Shown one piece after another: positions 1-7,225 of a stretch of 64,000 nt of DNA (the first letter of the stretch is position 1; every line of letters begins with the position of its first letter). The stretch covers positions 1,682 to 65,681 of the forward strand of contig CAYJES010000004.1 in assembly GCA_964369365.1 (NCBI GenBank), in the 5' to 3' direction. The notes under the pieces are model-generated. The model made no database searches. It worked only from the letters and a program-made list of their open reading frames with translations, and had not been told where the DNA came from. This stretch comes from an uncultured Lactobacillales bacterium (GTDB lineage Bacteria; Pseudomonadota; Alphaproteobacteria; CAYJES01). The position numbers and the translations under genes are program-made.

Positions 1-383
1 CTATCTTTTATTTTTGATTTTTTCCTATCTTCAATTATACCTTCAAGTCTTTGCAACCAGTTATTTTTGTTTTTATAATTATCAGAAAAACAAGAAATTT
101 CCCCTGTATGACAAGTTGGTCCCATAGGATTTACCCTAACCAACAATGCATCTTTATCACAATCATATCCAATGTTCACCAACTCCAAAAAATTTCCCGA
201 AGTTTCTCCTTTGAACCATAACTTTTGCCTTGACCTAGAAAAAAAATATGCTTTTTTTGTTGCGAGTGTGGCTTCCAGCGCTTCTTTATCCATATATCCC
301 AACATTAAAACTTCCATAGTATTTTCATTTTGAATAATCGCTGGCACCAAACCTGAAAAATCGAACTTCACTTCATCTATCAT
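1..383 (-). CDS. hisIE: HisIE, bifunctional phosphoribosyl-AMP cyclohydrolase / phosphoribosyl-ATP pyrophosphatase; N-terminal part only, gene runs off the left window edge
   Basis: Not in the ORF track because it is open at the window edge. My translation of the minus strand from ATG 383-381 gives MIDEVKFDFSGLVPAIIQNENTMEVLMLGYMDKEALEATL..FFSRSRQKLWFKGETSGNFLELV..DCDKDALLVRVNPMGPTCHTGEISCF. That is the HisI signature, followed by the start of a HisE-like segment. ATGA start/stop overlap with hisA. Confidence 0.85.
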   Translation of the reverse strand, partial: MIDEVKFDFSGLVPAIIQNENTMEVLMLGYMDKEALEATLATKKAYFFSRSRQKLWFKGETSGNFLELVNIGYDCDKDALLVRVNPMGPTCHTGEISCFSDNYKNKNNWLQRLEGIIEDRKKSKIKD

Positions 384-1126
384 GAGTTTCCTCCTTTTTT
401 TTCAAATAGGTATTGGGTTTCTTTTATATCAATATTTCCTTCCAGCAATGCTTTGCCCACGATTACCCCATGACAACCTATTTTGGATAACATTACTAAA
501 TCATCTAGGCTATTTACTCCGCCAGATGCTTGGACTTTTACATCAAATTGCCTTAACACATCTTCATAAAGTTTAAAGTTCGGACCACTCAGCGCTCCAT
601 CTTTACTGATGTCAGTGATTAAATATTCGATATTTCTGTATTTTTTATAGATATCAATTGCCTCAAACAAATCTGTTTGCGAGTTTTTTTGCCATCCATG
701 AGTTGCTATTTTCCACCCATCTAAGAATCTAACATCTAATGAAATTACAAACCTATCTTCGCCAAATTCATCAATCCAATTTTGCACCATTTCTGGGCTC
801 TTTACTGCCAAAGAACCGATAACTACCCTATTTATACCATTATCAAATAATTTTTTAACCGCTTCTTTATCCCTTATTCCCCCACCTGTTTGAATAGGCA
901 GTTGCGAAAACTTTGCTATATCAATAATAAAATCTTTTTGATTACCGACACCAGGATCTTTTGCCCCATCTAAATCAACAATGTGAATCATCTTCATCCC
1001 ATTTTGCTGGTAATGATTGATTAAATCTACAGGACTATGATTATATTTTGTTTGATTATTAAAATCGCCTTGAAACAACCTTACCACTTCATTTTTTCTT
1101 AAATCTATTGCTGGAATTATTTTCAT
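380..1126 (-). CDS. hisA: HisA, ProFAR isomerase
   Basis: 248 aa. IIPAIDLRKNEVVRLFQGD, IHIVDLDGA, IQTGGGIR, RVVIGSLAV and QASGGV...GVIVGKAL match the HisA barrel and phosphate-binding motifs. 4-nt overlaps with both neighbours. Confidence 0.9.
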   Translation of the reverse strand: MKIIPAIDLRKNEVVRLFQGDFNNQTKYNHSPVDLINHYQQNGMKMIHIVDLDGAKDPGVGNQKDFIIDIAKFSQLPIQTGGGIRDKEAVKKLFDNGINRVVIGSLAVKSPEMVQNWIDEFGEDRFVISLDVRFLDGWKIATHGWQKNSQTDLFEAIDIYKKYRNIEYLITDISKDGALSGPNFKLYEDVLRQFDVKVQASGGVNSLDDLVMLSKIGCHGVIVGKALLEGNIDIKETQYLFEKKGGNS

Positions 1127-1737
1127 AAAACCTCCTTTATTATTTGTTTGATTTCTTTTACCTTTAAATAAACGTCATTTTCAATTTCGCTTTCATCCAG
1201 TAATTCAGTAAAAAAGCTTAATAGAATATTACTTTTATTGTCTTCCGCGATATTTCTCCTTACCTCCATATCATCTTCTAGCTTTTTATAAGAACTTAGC
1301 CCTGATGCCTCGTTTAACATCCCTTCGCGCCTTGCTATCACTGTATTAATGCCTGTGTCCATGAAAATTGTCGGAAACTTATATTTATCCCAAATCTTAA
1401 GCTGTTTTTCCTTTTCTTCATCACTGGCATTTGCCCCCATAACTGTGCATATTCCAGTAATCCAACCGCGATCAAATATTATTAAATCTTTATTCAAATT
1501 GCTTTTTATAACTTCATCAATATAAGAAGTAACTATATTGGTAACGATAGTACTTCCTTGCTCATTTTGACTTAGGGTATACGTTGTTTCACAACCGATA
1601 TATTCACTTGGAAATTTCGCAACAACATCCCTGAACGGAGCCGCTATCACAATATTTTGAGTTTTCTTTTCAAGCAAAGCAATTAATGTAGATTTTCCAG
1701 CGCCTTTTTGTCCTTCTATACAAATTATTTTAACCAT
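1123..1737 (-). CDS. P-loop nucleoside/nucleotide kinase-like protein (thymidylate-kinase-like fold), substrate unknown
   Basis: 204 aa. N-terminal Walker A ICIEGQKGAGKSTL resembles Tmk IEGxDGAGKST, and IIFDRGWITG sits where the Tmk DR(Y) motif lies. Overlaps both neighbours, implying translational coupling. Confidence 0.55.
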   Translation of the reverse strand: MVKIICIEGQKGAGKSTLIALLEKKTQNIVIAAPFRDVVAKFPSEYIGCETTYTLSQNEQGSTIVTNIVTSYIDEVIKSNLNKDLIIFDRGWITGICTVMGANASDEEKEKQLKIWDKYKFPTIFMDTGINTVIARREGMLNEASGLSSYKKLEDDMEVRRNIAEDNKSNILLSFFTELLDESEIENDVYLKVKEIKQIIKEVL

Positions 1738-3415
1738 TGTTTACTCCTAATAATTCAGCCATAATTTTCCATTTTTTATAAGTATTATTTTTAGATCTTT
1801 CCTTAAATACTTTTATATATTCTGGATTATCCCCTATATAATCTAATGTTCCCATCTGATCAGGCGATACCTCTGCACACAATACATCTCCGCCTTTATT
1901 TAAAAAGAAACATGCATCATAAATAGTCAAATCAAATTTATTAAGATATTTTCTTATTTCTATAAAAGCCTTTAAAACTGTCTGCTTTGCTTGCTCAGTA
2001 TCTATAAATCTACTAGCCAACCCTTCTGGCACCATTACATCTTCATGCGGGTTGCTTTGACGCCAATCAAATCGCACATACGGGGCATGCTCTTCCTTTT
2101 CATCCATAAGGTTTGGATACGTATGCTTGCTTGAACCAATGAATGCTGCCTTTACAATAACTTCTAATTGACTAGCTGCGTTCTCTTTTGTCATCAAAAT
2201 ATAATTTTTGTACGTAGCAAGTGTTGACGTATTTACACCCTTTTTTTTTAAATAATCTGATAAATGCTGATTTATCTGTGCCCGCAACAAATGTGTCTTT
2301 GGGGCACTTATTGCCTTTTTTTCAACAAATGAGTAAATAGTTGGGTTAAGCTTGCCTATTAATAAATCTGGATGATTTGATATTTCTCTTAATTGTCTGC
2401 TATCACCATTATGGAACAATTTTAATTTTTTGTATCTTTTCACATTGTCTAAAAGAATTTTTTGTAATCCCGCTAGTTCCGTTTTAACTATTTTCGGCAT
2501 TTGCAAAATAGGTAAATTTTCATTTGAACAAATTACATCTTTAAAAAAAACAATCGCAAAAGAAGGAGTTTTACCAAACAAATTCCCTGGGGTTAAATGT
2601 CCACACCCTCCCATTAATTGATAAAGCTGATTTTCACAAACACCTTTAAAACAAGGTTGTTTCTTTAAATAATCAATAGCATTATCAAAAGCATTCTTCA
2701 TTGACGAATTAATATCATTTCCTGTTCCCACTATAACTATTTGAGAACTGGTTTCAATAATAGGGTAATCAACCTTTTCACATGCAAAGGCTTGCAACTC
2801 TACTGTTGCATCTGCTTCTAGTGCTAGACCAGAGGTTTCTCCATTTGCTTGCCTAAAGTGGACATCTCCTACTCCTAGCAATGCTTTATTGTGACTGTGG
2901 GGTAAATAAATAATTGTTCCTTTATGAAGCTGTGCAAAATCCAAATTACCTCCATATTTTGAACACCTGCCCCCACGCATTGGAACATCATTAATAGTGG
3001 ACATATAACCAATACTTGGTCTAGGCGAAATATATGCATACTCATTAATTTTAATCCGCCCTGCGTCGTCTGGGATATAAATATGAGGATTTCTTACCTT
3101 AACATCATCTTTTTTAAATCCAGTGCTGTATGAATTACATTGATAAATCGCTTTTATTTCAATATCACATATTCGCACAGCAATTGATTGATTTTTTCCA
3201 ACGCCTTTTATCCATATAGGCCCAACACAAGGATGGTTTGATTTTTCTTTTTCAGGGCTATTCATAAAATCATCAAACTCTTTCACTGTTGAAAAAGATT
3301 TGCCAAAGCTGTTTCCTATTTCTATTTTAAACTTATCTCCTGCTCTCACTTCTCCTATAGGAATAGTTGACAGAGTATTTACTGATTTTTTCATATTAAA
3401 TATTTTATTTTGCAT
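1730..3415 (-). CDS. Fusion protein: N-terminal acetamidase/formamidase-family domain plus C-terminal divergent SAICAR-synthetase (PurC)-like domain
   Basis: 561 aa. N-terminal half: HPCVGPIWIKGV and GGNLDFAQLHKGTIIYLP..ALLGVGDVHFRQANGETSGLALEADA match FmdA/AmdA-family motifs. C-terminal ~260 aa: GDSRQLREI, KKKGVNT, LEVIVKAAFIGSSKH and DLTIYDACFFLNKGGDVLCAEVSPDQMGTL parallel PurC GKAKTVY / GIPTQ / VECVVRN.AAGS / LVDFKLEFG..VLGDEFSPDGSRLW. Confidence 0.6.
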   Translation of the reverse strand: MQNKIFNMKKSVNTLSTIPIGEVRAGDKFKIEIGNSFGKSFSTVKEFDDFMNSPEKEKSNHPCVGPIWIKGVGKNQSIAVRICDIEIKAIYQCNSYSTGFKKDDVKVRNPHIYIPDDAGRIKINEYAYISPRPSIGYMSTINDVPMRGGRCSKYGGNLDFAQLHKGTIIYLPHSHNKALLGVGDVHFRQANGETSGLALEADATVELQAFACEKVDYPIIETSSQIVIVGTGNDINSSMKNAFDNAIDYLKKQPCFKGVCENQLYQLMGGCGHLTPGNLFGKTPSFAIVFFKDVICSNENLPILQMPKIVKTELAGLQKILLDNVKRYKKLKLFHNGDSRQLREISNHPDLLIGKLNPTIYSFVEKKAISAPKTHLLRAQINQHLSDYLKKKGVNTSTLATYKNYILMTKENAASQLEVIVKAAFIGSSKHTYPNLMDEKEEHAPYVRFDWRQSNPHEDVMVPEGLASRFIDTEQAKQTVLKAFIEIRKYLNKFDLTIYDACFFLNKGGDVLCAEVSPDQMGTLDYIGDNPEYIKVFKERSKNNTYKKWKIMAELLGVNNG

Positions 3416-4277
3416 AGTTTTTCATTGCCTCCGATAATTTTGCATAACTGTCAAAAATTTGATTTACTGGTTTTTCATGTCTGAATAAGTCCTTAGTTAA
3501 TGAGTTTCCTTCTTTATCTCTTATCCTAGATGAATCTTGAGTATATTCATCAGCAACGACAATCTCTCTTGAATTATCTCCTATAAAAAATCCTGCTTCA
3601 AACTTGCCATCTTCCAATATCCAATCTTGGGACTTTAAAAACTCTGATAAATATTGATTAACTTTGACGGTCAAACTATATAACTCTTCATACTCTTCTT
3701 TATTTTTTAACATTCTACCCTTTAGATGTTCATCTTTAGCATATTTATCAAGGGCAATTATCATATCTAAATTCACCCTTGGATCATCTTTGATTTCTTT
3801 TTCAGGAAGCACTAGTTTAGGAGATATTTTTTTAAGCAAAGAATGGATATGCTTGTTTGTCCGTGAAAGTTGTTGATATGGCAAATAATCAGTTTCATTT
3901 TTCCATTTCACACAAAATTCAACAACAGGAGTATCAAACATTACCCCGCCGTCTAGTAGTGGAATTTTATGGCTATCCACCCAATGTCCGCGCGATACAT
4001 ACCTTGAAATTAATTCCAAAGGAATCATATCCATTTTTTTAACAACTATTCCTTTTTCCTTAAGTGCATCATTTCCTGCTAAATGTGTTTTAATTCCTTG
4101 TTTTTCTAAAAATCTATAGAAATAATAACAAAATTCTTCACGCAGCCTTCCACTCCCTGGAATTGTATCTATTTTACCTCTGCCATGTAATAAATCTTTG
4201 AACACAACAAGCAATTCATCTTCTTTTTCAGTCAAATAAAAATCTTTACTTGAACCTGCAATAACTATCTCTGACAT
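3405..4277 (-). CDS. SAICAR-synthetase (PurC)-family protein, stand-alone
   Basis: ORF 3405..4349 trimmed to ATG 4277, 7 nt after a GGAG. GSSKDFY, EKQGIKTHL, VVKKMDMIPLELISRYVSRG, ILEDGKFEAGFF and REIVVADEYTQDSSRIRDKEG line up with canonical PurC motifs. Confidence 0.75.
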   Translation of the reverse strand: MSEIVIAGSSKDFYLTEKEDELLVVFKDLLHGRGKIDTIPGSGRLREEFCYYFYRFLEKQGIKTHLAGNDALKEKGIVVKKMDMIPLELISRYVSRGHWVDSHKIPLLDGGVMFDTPVVEFCVKWKNETDYLPYQQLSRTNKHIHSLLKKISPKLVLPEKEIKDDPRVNLDMIIALDKYAKDEHLKGRMLKNKEEYEELYSLTVKVNQYLSEFLKSQDWILEDGKFEAGFFIGDNSREIVVADEYTQDSSRIRDKEGNSLTKDLFRHEKPVNQIFDSYAKLSEAMKNYAK

Positions 4278-4279
4278 TT

Positions 4280-5152
4280 TCATTCTCCTTTCTTTTGATA
4301 AAACAACATATTCGGAGTGTAAATTTCTATCCCAACCTCTTCCACACATTCATAAAGTTCCTTCAATAACTTTGATAGCTTTGACGTTTTACAGAAAAAT
4401 TCGAACCTTTCGGCAACCGTTTTTCTCAATTTAAAAGTAATAAGATTTTCATGGTATTTTTTGTATATTTCTAGAAATCTATATTCTGATTTTTCAGGAA
4501 CATGACAAACCAATCTTCGTGCAGTTTTTGCATGAGTATAAGCAACTAAACTTTCTTTGATAAAGTCAATTTCTTTTTTATGAGCCTCGCTCAGACCCTT
4601 TCTTGCAACCAGCACAGGATGAGCATGCTCAATATCTTCTATTATTTCAAGGTTATTAGCGCGCAAAGATGCTCCTGTTTCACAAACATCAACAATACCT
4701 TTTGCAAGTTCAAGCGCAGGATATGCCTCAACGGCTCCAGAAACTTTTAAAATTTTAACACCTTTGATGCCCTTATTTTCAAAAAACTTTCTAGTGATTT
4801 CTGGATATGAGGTTGCGATTACCTGATTTTCAAAATCAGCCAAGACAACTCCTTTAGGAGCAGCCAATACCATTTTATGACAGCCAAAATCAAAATCAAA
4901 AATTATATCTAAGTCACTGCTATGTTCTGTTAACATATTAGTAGTTGTGATACCAATATCAATACCCTTAGATTCAAGACAAAGAGGAATTTCACGACAA
5001 CGTATATAGATTATTTTTAAATCTTTCCAACGTTCAGCGTAACCTACGTTATATCTTTCAGACCTAACAAGAGGAATTTCAGATTCTTTAAAAATATTAG
5101 AAATAGTATGATACATACGATCATTAGTTGGAATGCCAATTTTCAATTGCAT
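4280..5152 (-). CDS. hisG: ATP phosphoribosyltransferase, long form (HisG with C-terminal regulatory domain)
   Basis: ORF 4280..5245 trimmed to MQLKIGIPTNDRM (ATG 5152, GGAG 9 nt upstream); the 31 codons upstream read through the repeated leader. IRCREIPLCLESKGIDIGITTTNML, ATSYPEITRKFFENKGI and AVEAYPALELAKGIVDVCETGASLRANNLE are HisG motifs. Confidence 0.85.
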   Translation of the reverse strand: MQLKIGIPTNDRMYHTISNIFKESEIPLVRSERYNVGYAERWKDLKIIYIRCREIPLCLESKGIDIGITTTNMLTEHSSDLDIIFDFDFGCHKMVLAAPKGVVLADFENQVIATSYPEITRKFFENKGIKGVKILKVSGAVEAYPALELAKGIVDVCETGASLRANNLEIIEDIEHAHPVLVARKGLSEAHKKEIDFIKESLVAYTHAKTARRLVCHVPEKSEYRFLEIYKKYHENLITFKLRKTVAERFEFFCKTSKLSKLLKELYECVEEVGIEIYTPNMLFYQKKGE

Positions 5153-5158
5153 TTTTTT

Positions 5159-5216
5159 CTCCTTTAGCAGAAAGGTTAAAAGCTTGTCTCGGACTGCCCC
5201 CTCAAGACCCAAGCCT
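5159..5216 (-). promoter_or_regulatory. Structured 5' leader, copy A, upstream of hisG; contains the SD
   Basis: 57/58 identical to 6458-6515. RNA sense: AGGCUUGGGUCUUGAGGGGGCAGUCCGAGACAAGCUUUUAACCUUUCUGCUAAAGGAG. Two hairpins with complementary loops; the second pairs with the AAAGG of the SD. Confidence 0.55.
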
Positions 5217-5268
5217 TGCCTGTTAGAGCATTTGAGAAAAAACACTCTAACAGGACATTTTTTTTATA

Positions 5269-6450
5269 TTAGTTACTAGGATTTTCAGCTAGATAGTTAT
5301 CGAAATAACCTTTTATTAAAATCACAGGAGTTCCCTTGTCCCCAGAACCAGAAGTCAAGTCACACAAAGATCCAACAAGGTCAGTAATTTTTCTAGGAGT
5401 TGTTCCCAAAGAATAAGCATCGCCTTCTATTTCCTTATTTCCAATAGCATCTATTATTGCTTGGTGTGGGTTTTGAGTATTGTTATCAGCAACGGCTTTA
5501 ATCTTAATTTCCTTAGGCATTCCAGACAATCCATCAGTATGACCAGGGGAAACAACAGGATCAGCAAATTCCCAAATATGAGTAGCTGGACATTTAAAAC
5601 CGCCATCTCCATATACTAAAACTTCTATTTTTTTGCCAGTTTTCTCTAGCATTTTTTGTTGCAATTGTTTACAAAAATCTTTTGCATTACGAGGAAATAA
5701 TTTTAATGTATTTTCAGTAGAATAGTTAGAGCCAAGCAATCCATACTCACTCCAGCCCCTTTGAGAGCTTTCTGATTTACAAATTTCATCCAAAGCAATA
5801 ACTTTTGCTCCTAATTTTTCTAGCAAGCTTTTATGATAAAAACGTTTGTGAATACTAGACACAACGACTTGATTTGCATATTTTAATACATCTCTTGGGT
5901 TATTTAACATTACAACTTCGATATTAGGATTTACATCTTGATACATCTTAGCATAATCAGCTCCTGTAATAGGATGATGAAACTCGCCAAACTTTTCACG
6001 CATTTCATCTGCTGTCATTATATCTTGATACGGATTAACATCACTAGCCAATAACTTAGCTTCGTCCATAACTGCATTTCCAACTTCATCATCAGGAAAC
6101 GACAAACAAACATAAACTTTGCCCTTCACGCCTCTTGCGATACCTTCTAGGATTTTTGCAAACCTATTACGACTTAAAATAGGAAAAGCAACTGCAACAT
6201 CACCTTCTGGAAATGCGCCAGAAACCTCAGCAGCAACATCGTCCAATGTTACATAGTTTTTTTGTGAACGAGCAAGTAAAGACTCTGTTACACCAATAAT
6301 ATCTCTGTCGTTAAAGCTAAAAGGTTGGTATTCAGACTGGGACGCTTTTATTAATTCATCTGAAATAATATCTATAATATTTGCACCAGCATTAATGATT
6401 GGCATACGCACTCCATAAACAGAAGTACCCACTAAACGAATGTTTTTCAT
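5269..6450 (-). CDS. CofE-family (F420-0:gamma-glutamyl ligase-like) amide ligase with a large internal insertion
   Basis: 393 aa. DRDIIGVTESLLARSQKNYV, YGLLGSNYS, KTGKKIEVLVYGDGGF and SGSGDKGTPVILIKG parallel CofE GDVLVV.S.V.SKAEGR / NAGIDASN / TGK.VGVIITDT.GR / GEGGDGIP.VVVRG. About 130 extra residues lie between the first two motifs. Confidence 0.6.
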   Translation of the reverse strand: MKNIRLVGTSVYGVRMPIINAGANIIDIISDELIKASQSEYQPFSFNDRDIIGVTESLLARSQKNYVTLDDVAAEVSGAFPEGDVAVAFPILSRNRFAKILEGIARGVKGKVYVCLSFPDDEVGNAVMDEAKLLASDVNPYQDIMTADEMREKFGEFHHPITGADYAKMYQDVNPNIEVVMLNNPRDVLKYANQVVVSSIHKRFYHKSLLEKLGAKVIALDEICKSESSQRGWSEYGLLGSNYSTENTLKLFPRNAKDFCKQLQQKMLEKTGKKIEVLVYGDGGFKCPATHIWEFADPVVSPGHTDGLSGMPKEIKIKAVADNNTQNPHQAIIDAIGNKEIEGDAYSLGTTPRKITDLVGSLCDLTSGSGDKGTPVILIKGYFDNYLAENPSN

Positions 6451-6457
6451 TCTTTTT

Positions 6458-6515
6458 CTCCTTTGGCAGAAAGGTTAAAAGCTTGTCTCGGACTGCCCCC
6501 TCAAGACCCAAGCCT
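6458..6515 (-). promoter_or_regulatory. Structured 5' leader, copy B, upstream of the CofE-like gene; contains the SD
   Basis: 57/58 identical to 5159-5216. Same two-hairpin fold. Preceded (RNA sense) by an unrelated hairpin CCCAC-GAGUU-GUGGG at 6517-6531. Confidence 0.55.
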
Positions 6516-6537
6516 ACCCACAACTCGTGGGAATTTT

Positions 6538-7062
6538 TTACTTAATCATATTTTTATCAATCAAGTCATAATTTTCATTATGAACAAATTCTTTCCATCT
6601 TTGGTCTTTGAATGCAATCATGTCACGCACCATAGAACCAGAAAGAAAAGGAAAATCTTGTGTTGTTCTATCGCACAACCTGAAATTAGGGATAATCGAT
6701 CGAAAAGGTTCATACTCTGCGTCTATACCACCGTAAAAAACATCAGGCGCTATATCAATTTTTCGCTCTTGCATTATTTGATTAACCACATTTTGCGGCC
6801 ATGCCCACAAGTTTGTATCATTATCGACCCCTAATATCCATAACCTTTGATACTCTGGTTTATCGCGATACACATTTTGCACCATTTTTTTTCTTATAAA
6901 ATAAGGAAGGGGATTGTCTTTTGTTCCTGTTTCATTTGCATGGTTAATAACAACCGACACAATATCACATTCATCAAACATTTGATTTATTATACGTCCG
7001 TGACCAATATGAAAAGGTTGCGCACTTATAATAGCAAATCCATGTTTATATTTTTGTTCCAT
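6538..7062 (-). CDS. Nucleotidyltransferase of the cytidylyl/adenylyltransferase superfamily, NMN adenylyltransferase-like
   Basis: 174 aa. GFAIISAQPFHIGHGRII is the (H/T)xGH motif and SGSMVRDMI is the ISSTxxR-like C-terminal motif. Size is typical of archaeal-type or NadR-type NMNAT. Confidence 0.65.
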   Translation of the reverse strand: MEQKYKHGFAIISAQPFHIGHGRIINQMFDECDIVSVVINHANETGTKDNPLPYFIRKKMVQNVYRDKPEYQRLWILGVDNDTNLWAWPQNVVNQIMQERKIDIAPDVFYGGIDAEYEPFRSIIPNFRLCDRTTQDFPFLSGSMVRDMIAFKDQRWKEFVHNENYDLIDKNMIK

Positions 7063-7185
7063 AAAAAAATCTCCTTCAAATTATCAAAAAGGAGAGCAAA
7101 CGAATCGCTTGTCATATACAAGCATAAGAGACGGCGACTAACCTTTTTGTGCTTCTGTCCATAGTCCTCGAACACCAAAGCAACT
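7063..7185 (-). promoter_or_regulatory. Long structured 5' UTR of the NMNAT-like gene, with an SD-sequestering helix
   Basis: RNA-sense hairpins: 7150-7182 (UGCUUU-GG-UGUUC / GGACA-GAAGCA) and 7107-7123 (GCUUGU/ACAAGC). The anti-SD UCUCCUU (7089-7095) pairs with the SD AAGGAGA (7070-7076). Unusually GC-rich for this genome. Confidence 0.45.
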
Positions 7186-7188
7186 ACC

Positions 7189-7217
7189 AATCTATATATA
7201 TTTTATTTTCTTGTCAA
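7189..7217 (-). promoter_or_regulatory. Sigma70-like promoter of the his-like operon
   Basis: Minus strand TTGACA (7217-7212), 17-nt spacer, TAGATT (7194-7189). Lies just downstream of the stop of the preceding gene (7226). Confidence 0.5.
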
Positions 7218-7225
7218 TAACTTTT

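Noticed and set aside
5159-5216. I tried to assign the repeated leader to a known riboswitch class (ykkC/PRPP-ppGpp family, ZTP, guanidine-III, THF-II, SAM-II/V).
   Set aside because: Only a short resemblance exists (CAGUCCGAGAC versus the ykkC GGUCCGAGAG box). The other conserved ykkC segments, the ZTP GGGUCGUGAC...CCGCCUGGGC signature and the other class signatures are absent. The element is also only about 58 nt. I left it as an unclassified candidate.
4280-5245. N-terminal extensions and ORFs reading through the leaders: the first 31 codons of ORF 4280..5245, and plus-strand ORF 6463..6834.
   Set aside because: They translate the repeated non-coding leader, have no SD, and the internal ATG at 5152 has a proper GGAG. 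The plus-strand ORF lies antisense to a well-supported gene.
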